The notes: a model not told the origin generated them from the sequence alone. Counted from the first letter of the stretch, positions 37,170 to 48,701 are shown. The stretch: 64,000 nt of DNA from Octopus sinensis (GCF_006345805.1 NC_043003.1:9982001-10046000); one strand, 5' to 3'. Numbers and translations: made by a program.

Positions 37170-38960
37170 CATCTCCAAATCACCAATCCAACTGACTTTT
37201 TTACCACTGCAGATATAAAATCAGAGGCGGCGACGATAGATTACATCGATATAAAGGAAGACGATGTAACCAAGGCTATAGATGAAATGAAAACAGACTC
37301 AGCTACTGGCCCCGATGGATTCCCGGCAATCCTCCTAAAAGCATGTAAGAGAGTCCTAGCAAGACCACTGCAGTTCCTCTTTCAGAGCTTCCTTGCAGGT
37401 GGCAAACTTCCAGGAAAACTGAAGGAAGGTAAAATATGCCCCATTCATAAAGGAGGTAGCAGAGCGGAAGCCAAGAACTATAGACCTATCTCTCTGACCT
37501 CACACATCAGCAAGGTCATGGAACGAATAGTCAGAAGGAAGCTGATCACCTTCCTTGAAGAGAATGACTTGCTGCCCGACACCCAACATGGTTTCCGACC
37601 AGGGAGAAGCTGTTTAACTCAGCTCCTACAACACTATGACTGGGTGCTGAAACGGCTGCTCAACCACTCAAATGTGGAAGTGATATATCTCGACTTTGCA
37701 AAGGCCTTTGATAAAGTCGATCATGGAATGATATGTCACAAACTGCGTGATCTCAACATAGTTGGAAAACTGGGAGAATGGCTTCATGACTTTCTGAAGG
37801 ATAGAAGTCAGGTGGTAGTAGCCAATGGGGCCACCTCCATTAACACACAAATAGTGAGCGGTGTTCCGCAGGGCACTGTTCTGGGACCACTACTGTTCAT
37901 AATGGCCCTCTCAGACATACCCTCAGCCACGCAGAGAGCCACGATCACAAGTTATGCAGATGATACAAAAGTTTCACAGGCAATACAGAACCCTGAGGAC
38001 ACTAAACACCTGCAATGTGAGCTGGACGAAATATACAAGTGGGCTGAAAAGAATAGCATGCAGTTCAATGCTGGAAAGTTTCAAGCTTTATACTATCAGC
38101 ATGCAAAACTGAATGCAATACCCAATGAATACACTGGACCCGGAGGGATTGCAATCCCAGAGGCACAATCAGTGCGTGACCTGGGTATTCACATGAGTGA
38201 TGACGCGACCTTTCATGTACATGTTGCTAAACTGACAATGAAATGTAGACGGCTGGCTGGATGGATTCTTAGAACCTTTAGAACAAGAGAACAAGAAACC
38301 ATGATGGTCCTCTGGAAGACACTTGTCCTAAGCCACTTTGACTATTGCTCTCAGCTATGGTCACCATCCAGTGTCAAGTTGATCACAGAACTTGAGGCGA
38401 TCCAACGAAGCTACACAAAGAAGATAGCCTCTATGCAGAATGTAAGCTACTGGGAAAGACTCAAGAGATTAAAACTATATTCCCTGGAGCGTAGGCGGGA
38501 AAGATATGCCATAATATACATCTGGAAGATCCTGGAGGGAAGTGTCCTGAACTTTGGCATCGAGAGTTACGCAAATGCCAGAACTGGGCGCCACTGCGTG
38601 GTGCCTAGGTCTCCAAACCTGCCATCAAGATGTAGGACAAGATTCTGTGATAGCCTGGGCTTCCGAGGCCCACAGCTCTTCAATATCCTCCCGAAGAACC
38701 TGAGAGACCTGCATGGGGTGGACACAGATGTCTTTAAAATGAAGCTGGTTCTCTTCCTGTCAGGTGTCCCAGATGAACCAACTTCAAGGCAGGAGGGGCA
38801 GATGAGGGCAGCTGCATCGAACTCTCTCATGCACCAAATAGCAGTTGCTAGAAAGCCTCCATGAAGTGAAACCAAGTAGCAACACCAAATGGCGGTGCCC
38901 CAGCATGGCCACAGCTCATAAGCTGAAACTAGAATCAATCAATCAATCAATCAATCAATC
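37170..38960 (+). mobile_element. Young 5'-truncated CR1-type LINE with (ATCA)n tail
   Basis: Open frame extends upstream of the listed ATG (HLQITNPTDFF..); 3'UTR 38865-38932; tail AATCAATCAATC at about 38933-38960. Confidence 0.95.
37287..38864 (+). CDS. LINE ORF2 remnant: complete reverse transcriptase domain and C-terminus, endonuclease missing
   Basis: 525 aa uninterrupted: GPDG, NYRPISLTS, QHGFRPGRSC, YLDFAKAFDKVDH, SGVPQGTVLGPLLF, SYADDTK, RDLGI, SLERRRERY. Unlikely to be autonomous. Confidence 0.9.
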   Translation: MKTDSATGPDGFPAILLKACKRVLARPLQFLFQSFLAGGKLPGKLKEGKICPIHKGGSRAEAKNYRPISLTSHISKVMERIVRRKLITFLEENDLLPDTQHGFRPGRSCLTQLLQHYDWVLKRLLNHSNVEVIYLDFAKAFDKVDHGMICHKLRDLNIVGKLGEWLHDFLKDRSQVVVANGATSINTQIVSGVPQGTVLGPLLFIMALSDIPSATQRATITSYADDTKVSQAIQNPEDTKHLQCELDEIYKWAEKNSMQFNAGKFQALYYQHAKLNAIPNEYTGPGGIAIPEAQSVRDLGIHMSDDATFHVHVAKLTMKCRRLAGWILRTFRTREQETMMVLWKTLVLSHFDYCSQLWSPSSVKLITELEAIQRSYTKKIASMQNVSYWERLKRLKLYSLERRRERYAIIYIWKILEGSVLNFGIESYANARTGRHCVVPRSPNLPSRCRTRFCDSLGFRGPQLFNILPKNLRDLHGVDTDVFKMKLVLFLSGVPDEPTSRQEGQMRAAASNSLMHQIAVARKPP

Positions 38961-39947
38961 ATAAGGTAGACATTTCGCTCGTATCTCTTCATAACAGTTG
39001 ACGCATTACGAATATGAAAGAATGATGGACGCTTTGAAACTTACATTAGAGCAGATATATATTTATCACCAATATGATAAAGGTATTTATTTATATTGAT
39101 GATATTCCAACAGTTAGTACCGTTATCCAGTAACAGAGTGGCGCGACATTTCTCAACATCGTATTATTGTTTCCACTGTATGTCATATTAATTTGTATTT
39201 TGGTATTTGTATTGCAGACTTTGTTGCTTTTCTACATCGTCCGTTTTCTCATCGTTTCTTTCCAAATATGACAGCTTCTATCACATATAGAGTATTCTCA
39301 AAAAGTTCGATCCCCTTCGATATATTACAAATAGCTGGCTTATATTTCTAGTTTGAGAAACAACTCCAGACGGATATAGTGTTCTTCAAGTATCTGATTT
39401 GACAAAATTTCACCTATTTTCCAAAGTAACACATTTTTTCTGCTCATACAGAACATAATGAATTCTTATTGATTATGTTTACAGTAGTAAAAATATTAAG
39501 CTTTTTCTGTTTTTAAAGTTTTATTCTAATTAACACATTTTCATTATAATTTTAATCATTCTAATTTACTTCTGTAATAAAATATGGCTTTGATGTCTCT
39601 CGTTCTTGACTGATCTGACTTCATTTTGTGTTTCTGTAGGCAGATATAAAATAAACATCACAGTAATTAAATTTCAATGAACTTGAGTTCAAGGGGAAAA
39701 TGTCGAGAGCAGGAGATGAATTTACTCGAGAAATATATTAATGAAATGCTGATAATATGTACGCACGTAACCGGATCTTTCAGACGAGGGGGATTTGATA
39801 TGACAGGAAATATGATATAATGAAATGGTAAATTTTTTTTAAAAAATTGAAAATTATGAACAGACAAAATGCCGTGCAGAAAAATGTATCGATATTTGAT
39901 TACCATGCTAATCGAAATCTATTTTATTAGAATAAGCGGAAAGGATG

Positions 39948-39986
<39 letters not shown>

Positions 39987-39988
<2 letters not shown>

Positions 39989-40370
39989 TTTTTCTCTCTT
40001 TTACTTGTTTCAGTCATTTGACTGCGGCCATGCTGGAGCACCGCCTTTAGCCGAGCAAATCGACCCCGGGACTTATTCTTTGTAAGCCCAGTACCTATTC
40101 TATCGGTCTCTTTTGCCGAAACGCTAAGTGACGGGGACGTAAACACACCAACAACGGTTGTCAAGCAATGCTAAAAGGACAAACACAGACATACAAACAC
40201 ACACACACACACACATATATATATACATATATACGACAGGCTTCTTTCAGTTTCTGTCTACCAAATCCGGGGCTATAGCAGAAGACACTCGCCCAAGATG
40301 CCACGCAGTGGGACTGAACCGGAACCATGTGGTTGGTTAGCCAGCTACTTACCGCACAGCCACTCCTGCG

Positions 40371-40372
<2 letters not shown>
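39987..40372 (-). mobile_element. SINE family B inserted in a (TA)n tract
   Basis: Near-consensus copy flanked on both sides by (TA)n. Confidence 0.92.
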
Positions 40373-40459
<87 letters not shown>

Positions 40460-40460
40460 A

Positions 40461-40492
<32 letters not shown>

Positions 40493-40724
40493 CGTTGCTA
40501 TTTTGTTAAACTGTCGTACGTTCACATTTGGCTAAATGCGTTTTGTTTTTGTTTGCAACAGCCCGTTCTTTTGGTCAAACTATCGTATCTCCAGCAGCCT
40601 CAGATGCCAAGATATCCAAAATGTAGAACAACGGTTTTGCTATGGAATGGTAAAACTGTTGTTTTCGTTTTCTTAAAACGCAACGTTTTAGACTTAAGGC
40701 TTTTGCGTAATAGCAACGATATCG

Positions 40725-40757
<33 letters not shown>

Positions 40758-40914
40758 GTGTGTGTGTGTGTTTGTGTGTGAGTATGTATGTTGGAAATAT
40801 ATATAGATAGATATTTTGATGCAAATAAGACAATAGAACTCAAACTATATATACATGTATATATTCATTCATATTTAGCTGAAGCAGGGTGGTTCAAGAG
40901 TCGAGAGAGTGTTT

Positions 40915-41055
40915 CATGTAAAGACAAAGAAAGGTGTATAAACAACGAACAGGTGTATTAGTTTAACAGACGGGAGTGTGGGAAAGTCTTTTACGTTTCG
41001 AACCAACGCTCTTCAACAGAAAGGAACACGAGGAAATAAACAGAGAGAATAAAAT
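40915..41055 (-). mobile_element. Penelope-type terminal-repeat fragment with degenerate hammerhead-like motif
   Basis: Minus strand CCTTT-CTGTTGA-A-GAGC-GTTG-GTTC-GAAAC-GTA-AAAG; the start AAAGACAAAGA(A/C)AGGTGTATAAA recurs at about 26860. The Penelope assignment is inferred from the motif type. Confidence 0.55.
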
Positions 41056-42469
41056 TCTTTTTGAACTAGCGGTAAATGAAATATACAGTGCTTTTATAAA
41101 ATATAATATAAAGAAATAAATATAAATACTTATTATATTATACCATGATTAGTATAAAGAGAAGTTCCCAACCCCTTCAAAATCCATAGATTTTACACCA
41201 GTATATATGAAGTTATATAGATATACAAAATACAATAATATAAGATAAAATAATAAATAAAATGAAACAAAATGAATAAAATGGAAAAAGAATATTTGTA
41301 TAAAATTTCAGTAAAGGATTTATAAAATGAAAAGATAGAAAACTGATAAAAGTTTTACATTTTGAATGACATAAAATATATACTGGATATAGAAAGATAA
41401 AAGATAAAAACTGAGGATAAGCCATGGTATCCATAACAAAAGTTAATTAAGAAATAAATAAAATAAGATAAATGTACCGTTGGAAATGATTTTATAAAAC
41501 ATTTGTGCGACATATAACTACAGGCACAGATGTGTGTAGAATCATAACAGTTCTCAGCGGGTATATAATATATTGAACGTAGGCGTAAGATCTGGCAATC
41601 CATTGTAAATATTCTTATTATGACTGATAGAGAGGAAAGTCTTAGAACCGAAAGGGAAACAGTGTTATCTAAGTATTGCAGATGAAACAGGTAGGGGTTA
41701 TAAGAGGGCAACATTACGTATATTTCCATAGAATAAAGGGTATATTATGAAAGATATGACACCGCAGATAATTTCCGCCACCAAATCATAGTCTGATATG
41801 TATAATATGTGTTTCTAAAATATTTGAAGGTACGGGTGATCCTATGCACACAAGATACCCTGAAGTCTAATCTATAATTTATTCGGTTGTTCATGTCTCT
41901 ATACTAAAAAAGTTTCGTAAATTTCCATACAACATAGTTCGCATTCATATCGAGTATCTTTGTATGGCTGAGCTCCCCGTAATATATCCCATTTAAGGCT
42001 AAATTTACTATTGCTATCCATAGGTTCTCAGATTTTACGAGATAACGATGTACTGTTAGCTTTATTCTCAGTTTAAAAGATGAAAGATGGTTATTTAGGC
42101 GCTTCTTTATATTTTTATGGAGCACCCAATGCAAATAAAGTTATTAGGTTCCAGTAATTTGTAAACAACATTTTGGGCTAAACAACGACCTAATGACGGG
42201 CATTGGTATCTAACCCTACAATTGCAGCTGTAATATGATTATTGTTGTTTTTGTTGTTGTTGTTGTGGTGGTTGCTGTTGTTATTGTTGTTGTTATTAAT
42301 AATAATAGTATTACTTCTATCATTTATAAGCAGTAATTGTTACATTGTCAATTATATAATCAACCTAGAACGCTGAATCTTGAGACGGATATAGTAATTT
42401 ACCCAACGTCAATTGGTAGGCAGGGCCAAAATGAATTTTCAGATATACAAACTGCAACTTATTCAAATT

Positions 42470-42698
42470 GCACCGGTCTCCCCTTTCCACGCCACCAGTG
42501 TTATCCAAGGGAAAGGCAACGGCCGATACAGCATGGCACCTGTGACGTCGCAACTCATTTCTACAGCTGAGTGGACTGGAGCAACGTGAAATAAAGTGTC
42601 TTGCTCAAGAACACAACACGCAACCCGGTCCGGGTTTCAAACTCACAACCTCACGATCGTAAGCTCGACGCTCTAACCACTGGGCTATTCACCTTCAC
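42470..42698 (-). mobile_element. tRNA-derived SINE family C (CORE-like central domain)
   Basis: Head TAGCCCAGTGGTTAGAGCGTCGAGCTTACGATCGTGAGGTTGTGAGTTTGAAACCC, then GTTCTTGAGCAAGACACTTTATTTCACGTTGCTCCAGTCCACTCAGCTGTAGAAATGAG. Confidence 0.85.
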
Positions 42699-42701
42699 AT
42701 G

Positions 42702-42729
<28 letters not shown>

Positions 42730-42749
<20 letters not shown>

Positions 42750-42978
42750 CGCTTTTCTTCTTCCGGTCTTTCAAAATGTGACCTCGTGTGTACCGTTGGC
42801 GATTTTTTCCCTCTGTCTTCCCTTCTCTGGATCTTTCCTTCTCCTATGTTTCCGACGAAGAGCCCCGCTCGAAACGTTAAACCCTCCTTCTTCCCTTCTT
42901 TCCTGAGCGTCCAATAATACTATATTTGTTCCACGTCCTCCCGTTGTTGTGTTTTTTTGTGTTTTCTTGTTTGGATTA

Positions 42979-42985
<7 letters not shown>
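42730..42985 (+). mobile_element. Penelope-type terminal repeat with minimal hammerhead-like motif
   Basis: GTTT-CCGACGA-A-GAGC-CCC-GCTC-GAAAC-GTT-AAAC at 42848-42882; the 3' part GTTCCACGTCCTC(C/G)CGTTGTTGTG..GGATTAACTTT recurs at 62815-62872. Confidence 0.6.
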
Positions 42986-43023
<38 letters not shown>

Positions 43024-43599
43024 GCACGCACACACACACGTATATACTTTATTTGGATAAGTGAACTTTAATAGACTGCGAAAAATGATACCCAGTCCAA
43101 TCTCCAAATTCAATAATCTATGATACTCTGGTTATTTATAGGCAGTGAAGTATGCAATATGTTTGTAATTCAGTGAATAGGATCCTGGCCTTCCCGAGAA
43201 CTAACAACCAACCCGTTTGTTAATAGCTCTATTCTGATAAAATGTAAGTATTCTAATGCTTATTAACGGTTAGGGAAAATTAAAGAATAATATTCTATGC
43301 AATAAATATGCAGTCCGTCGCACTCTGCAGAATATATTTCAGAGAGTGGAACAAATAATACTTAAAGACAAAGTCATGATTAGATACATTGGGAGTATCA
43401 TATGGCTAAAATAGGTCTCCTGGTTTCGAAAACTCTTTTAATGGAACATGAAATAGGATTTATAAAGACTGTATTTTCGTATAGATCTATAAGTCGTCCT
43501 TCGTAGGTGGAATAATTATCTCATAAACTTGAAACCGCTCAATCTTTACACCTGGAATATCACCGCAGATAATACGATAAAGAGTAACTAAATATGTAT

Positions 43600-44245
43600 A
43601 TGTTTCTTTTATCTTTTACTTGATTGAGTCATTGGATTGTGGCCATGCTTGGGCACAGCCTTGAAGGATTTAGTCGAAGAAATCGTCCGCGATGTTCTTT
43701 TAAAACAGACTGCTGTTTTCAACTAATATCTCTTGCCGAACCGCAATGTTACGAAAAGGAAAAGAAGTAACAACCTACTGTCAAGCAGTCGGAGGAGCAA
43801 CCGCACAGACACACAGACGTACACATATAAACACATACACATATACTCACCGCATGCGTGTATGCGTGTGTGTGTGCCGTAGAACCTTCTAACGCTAGAC
43901 ACGAATATTTAAGTGTTATCTCGGCCTAATACGATTATCAACGAATAAACACAACCAATATCAATGTAACTATTCTCCACAAACCGTGAATCCACAAAAA
44001 CTCCCCACTTCACAAAACGAAGGACAATTCAGAATAATGAGACTCAAAGATTAAAAATCCACAAACAAGCATAACAAATATGTATTCCCTTCATAAGCTC
44101 CCTAATATACGACAGGCTTCCACAGTTTCCGTGTACGAAATCTGCTCACAAGGTATTGGACAGCGAGTGGCTATACAAGACACTTGACTGAACCTGAAAC
44201 CCTATGGTTGGAAACCGAGCTTTTTGACCACACAGACATACGTGT
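43600..44245 (-). mobile_element. SINE B-related copy split by an unclassified insertion of about 260 bp (43855-44110)
   Basis: 3' part (CAGTCATTGGATTGTGGCCATGC on +) at 43600-43850 and head (CACAAGGTATTGG..GACCACACAGAC on +) at 44110-44245. Confidence 0.6.
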
Positions 44246-44693
44246 CTAGCATTAAATGATGGCTAAACTATGTGCGCTGGCGATTCAATTTTAAGAAAGC
44301 TTAAAGATAATTACCACTTCTTGGCGTCGCACTGACGCAAAGATATATAGCAATTATGATCTCCAGAATGTGAAACAGTTATTTAAATATGTATTATTCT
44401 GTACGGTACTATTCTATAACACCTCAAATATACCGTATGTCAAATGTCAATGTTTGTTACATAGCTTCCATAAGTAGATTTTAAATTATACAGAAAGTTA
44501 TGAAAGTTCTAAATATGAGTGAAATAAGTGGAGGAAGGTAACTATTCTTAATTTTCTTTCTTTCTTTCTTCATTTGACTTCTAACTTTATCTCTCTTTGT
44601 TTTTGGTAAATCTCACTTTGTCTTCTAATTACTGATATTCATTCGTAGTCTTTCAATTGATTTTTCTGTTTGTTCTTATTGACTTATTATATA

Positions 44694-45100
44694 CAGGGGT
44701 TGAACAAAATAATGGAAACACCTTAAAATTTCAAACAAATTTATTTTAATATGGGGTAGAACTGCCTTTAGCAGTAATTACAGCTTGAATTCTACGAGGT
44801 ATGGATTTGTACAAAGTTTGAATTGTTTCCAAATGGATTTTTGTCCATTCTTCAGCTAAAACAGTCTCCAGCTCTTGTAGTGATGATAGTGGGTGATATC
44901 GACACCTTACTTGTTTTTCTAAAGTGCACCACAAATGTTCAATAATATTGAGATATGGGGAGTGTGGTGCCAGATAAGATGTTCAACTTTACTAAAATGT
45001 TCTTCGTGCAATTCAGTAACAATTTAGCTGTGTGAATTGGTGCATTATCATTTTGCGTTTCTCAGCAGGAAACCAAAACTTTCAGATAGAAACAGTCAGT
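44694..45100 (-). mobile_element. Tc1-type transposon 3' fragment
   Basis: TA then CAGGGGTTGAACAAAATAATGGAAACACC; QNDNAPIHTAK and C-terminal IPRRIQAVITAKGSSTPY*. Confidence 0.9.
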
Positions 45101-45261
45101 GCTATATTATATTCTGATTACATTTTAAATAATACTCGTCCATGGTTTGAGGTATATATGTGTGCTATTTTCAGTAGTTGAAGTGCATGTGTAGACGGCT
45201 CATGATTGGCTGTATTTGATATTTGTATTATAAGTCTCAGTAAGTTAGCGAAAGGAATATA

Positions 45262-45478
45262 CGAGGGCGTGCTGGAAAGTTCTTAACTTTTGATAAAAGA
45301 AGACACAACCCGATCCGTCAATTATGATTCTATTCAACATATTGCCCCCTCGTATTCACACACTTATTGCAACACTCCTTCAATTTTTCTGGGCCCTGTA
45401 AAAAAACACGAAAGGTTGGGCCTCCAACCAGGCCTTTTGCGATACCCTTCAAGCTAGGAACTTTTCAGTACCCCCTTG
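45262..45478. mobile_element. mariner-derived MITE (217 bp)
   Basis: Imperfect TIRs CGAGGGCGTGCTGGAAAGTTC / GAACTTTTCAGTACCCCCTTG, TA on both sides. Confidence 0.85.
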
Positions 45479-45829
45479 TATTGTGTTGCAATGTACTAGA
45501 CCCTTTGTATCTTTTATATAACTAAAATGGAATAATAGTGAAATATTCTGTATTGAAATTTCTACATGTTTTGAACTGGTATGTTGTAAAGTCATGTGTA
45601 CGTTTTGTCAAGAAAGCCAATGCTTAAATATCTAATGAGGATATAGATTGCTTGATTGAGTATTGGGGATAAACACATCAAATTAGAGCAAAATGTAACA
45701 GTTTTTTTTTCCTAACTGCTGTTCACTAGAACTGTTTCCATGGATTTGAAGCATAGTTAATTTATGACCCAATCAGAAGATATAATTAGTTTGACTGCCA
45801 GACATGGTAAATGAACGAATGTATACACA

Positions 45830-46312
45830 CACACACACACACACATGTAAATAGGATTATGTTGCAGCTGTAGAAAACCACACGAGACACGATAAAGAAA
45901 GTGAGATAAAAATATTGATTTTAAAATTTTCGCACGAGGACAGAAATTTCGGGGGAGGGGTTGAGTTGATACAGCAACTCCAGTGCTCTCGTGCTACTTA
46001 TTTTTATCGACACCGAAAGAATGAAAGTCAAAGTCGACCCCGGAGGAATCTGAACTTAGAATGTACAGACGGACGAAATACCTATTTCTTTACTACCCAC
46101 AAGGGGCTGAACAAAGAGGGGACAAACAAGGACAGACGAACGGATTAAGTCGATTACATCGACTCCAGTGCGTAACTGGTACTTAATTTATCGACCCCGA
46201 AAGGATGAAAGGCAAAGTCGACCTCGGCGGAATTTAAACTCAGAACGTAGCGGCAGACGAAATACCGCTAAGCATTTCGCTCGGCGTGCTAACGTTTCTG
46301 CCAGCTTGCCGC
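45830..46312 (-). mobile_element. SINE-A dimer (tail 1 unit plus headless tail 2 unit) and its 3' flank
   Basis: Full head at 46312; junction at 46082/46083; flank shared with 17727-18045. Confidence 0.88.
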
Positions 46313-46334
46313 ATTAAACTAGATAAAAATATTG

Positions 46335-46543
46335 GTTTCAAACTTTGGCACAAGGCCAGCAAATTTAGGGGAGGAGTAAGTAGATTACATAAACCCCAGT
46401 GTTCAACTGGTACTTACTTTATCGACCCTGAAAGGAGAAAAAGCAAAGTCGACTTCAGCAGATTTTGAACTCAGAACGGATTGATGGACGAAATGCCCCT
46501 AAGCATTTCGCGCACGTGCTAACGATTCTGCCAGCTCGCCGCC
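46335..46543 (-). mobile_element. SINE family A, tail type 2
   Basis: Head GGCGGCGAGCTGGCAGAATCGTTAGCACG; tail CCCCTAAATTTGCTGGCCTTGTGCCAAAG. Confidence 0.85.
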
Positions 46544-46549
46544 TTTCCT

Positions 46550-46806
46550 TAAACGGTACTCTGTCGGTTACTACAAAGAGGGTTCCTGTTTATCAGATCA
46601 ACGGAAGAGCCAGCTCGTGAAAATAACGTGCAAGCAGCTGATAACTACACAGTGACGCGTGTTTTTAACGCAGTTCAAAGGGCGATTCTGCGCGACTCAT
46701 AATTTGACATGAGTGGCCCTTTTAATTAAGAATACAACTAATTTTTGCCAGCTGAGTGGAGTTGAGCAACGTGAAGTAAGGTGTCTTGCTTGAAGAGACA
46801 ACGCAC
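46550..46806 (-). mobile_element. SINE C-related copy (same CORE-like block, different 3' body), head missing
   Basis: CAGCTGAGTGGAGTTGAGCAACGTGAAGTAAGGTGTCTTGCT on + matches 42565-42610. Confidence 0.65.
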
Positions 46807-47155
46807 CAGGGATTCTCAACAATATTTTATCTATCGACCCCTTTGCTTACTATTTTATTCTAGTGGACCTCCATAGCTATTCGATTTTTAAAAAATTAGT
46901 TTTATAGAAACTTCTTTCAAAATTCCTTATTTTGTTTTTCATATGTTCATTTGCGTGCGTTGAACTATGTAAAATGTTAGAGAAAGAAACTTAGCTGTTT
47001 CTTGCAAAATACACCAGTAAATACATCTGAAACAAATTGTTTTCAGGGGCCCTTGAAATACTATTGTGGCACCCAATTTAATATTTTTTGCGTGGACCAC
47101 CAAAAATTTTATATAGACCTTCAGGGGCCATGTGGATCGCAGCTGAGAACCACTG
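46807..47155. mobile_element. hAT-type MITE
   Basis: Ends CAGGGATTCTCAAC and GCTGAGAACCACTG; no matching 8-bp TSD seen. Confidence 0.65.
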
Positions 47156-47548
47156 CACTAACAAGTAAGCCAAGCGCCTTCACACGCTAGGTAAAAATAG
47201 CAATAAATATTTCACCCATGCTTTATAGAATTGTGATGTCTTGTCTCGTAACGATGAACCAGTCACTTCCTTAATACCGTGTAAAGTTAGGAAATTCGTG
47301 ATACTGCATTTTATCTACCATCCTCATTTGGACTTCGTCACAATTATTGCAACGTATCTGTTTATTCTTCTCTTTAAGGGAAACCAGCTCGATGTCCACT
47401 TACTGGTAACCCCTCTTATATGTAAGTAATATAATTTTTATGAATCTTCAGATTTTTCTATATGCTAGACCTTTGGTTTTAAGTTGATATTAACCAAATT
47501 AATATTCAATTTTTCACACTTATTATTTTAAATTTAAATTTAAATATA

Positions 47549-48435
47549 CAGGCTGTCCTTAAAGTCTCTTTACAATTTAAAAAGATATTACAAAAGCAGT
47601 TGACGAGATATTTTAACCAGATTTGTTTTATTTTAATAATTGTTTATTAAAGTTTTTATTGATATTAAATTTTTGTGTCTCAGATACTCTGTTGATGGAA
47701 GGGAACTGATTCGCTGAATCCCTATACCCCTCATGAAAAGGCACAATGTGTATCCTGGTTTATTGAGACAAAATCGGATGTTCAGACAATGTGAGAATCT
47801 GGGGACCAGAATACCCCCATGTGACTAGGGGGCTTCAACGGGATAGTCCTAAAGTGAATGTGTGGTGTGGAATCATGTGCAATTGAATAATTGGTCCATT
47901 TTTCTTCAACGAGGCAACAATTACTGCAGATGTTTACCTCGACCTTCTGACAGAATATGTGTCACCACAACTGATTGATTTACAACCATCATTTTCCAGC
48001 AAGATGGTGCACCACCACATTGGGGATGGCATGTTCGTCAGTTCCTCAATCAAACATTTCCAAACGAATGGATTGGAAGGGATGGGCCAATTCCATTGCG
48101 ACTGCGTTCACCAGATGTCACTCCCTTGGACTTCTTCTTATGGGGTTATGTAAAAGATACCGTGTATAAAACAAAGATACGAGACAATGCTGACTTGAAG
48201 CAAAGGATTCGTAATGCCATTGATGAGGCTATCCTACAGAAAACATGGCAAAAAAATCGAGTAGTGTCTTGATGTGCTTCGCGCAACTAATGGTGCCCAT
48301 ATTGAGGTTTATTAAATAAGAGTTAAAAAACTTTAATAAACAATTATTACAATAAAACAAATCTGGTTCAGATATCTTGTCAACTGCCTTTGTAATAAAA
48401 TTTTAAAATTGTAAAGAGACTTTATGGATACCCTG
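47549..48435 (+). mobile_element. Internally deleted Tc1/mariner element, DD41D (rosa-type), with TIRs of about 110 bp
   Basis: TA on both sides; FQQDGAPPHW..RSPDVTPLDFFLWGYVK has 41 residues between the D residues; upstream PKVNVWCGI..IIGPFFF. Confidence 0.9.
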
Positions 48436-48439
48436 TATA

Positions 48440-48666
48440 TATATAAACTTAGATAAACTTAGATATGTTTCTACCAATGATTGGTCCAGGCCATGTCTAA
48501 CTTAATAGCACCACCTGATAGGATTATTTGAATCCTGTTTAAGTCAAGTTTTGTTTATGGTCCATTCAAGTAGTGAGTTTTTGTTGGGTGAGTTGTATCC
48601 AAATATCGGTGGTTTATCCGGTATTCCTTGAAGGAATCTATCCAGACTCCGTTTAAAGTTGATGGG

Positions 48667-48670
<4 letters not shown>
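48440..48670 (-). mobile_element. 3' end of a third CR1-type LINE family with (TAAGTTTATC)n tail
   Basis: NPINFKRSLDRFLQGIPDKPPIFGYNSPNKNSLLEW matches the CR1 C-terminal pattern seen in the 37-kb element (FKMKL..FLSGVPDEP..NSL). Confidence 0.75.
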
Positions 48671-48701
<31 letters not shown>

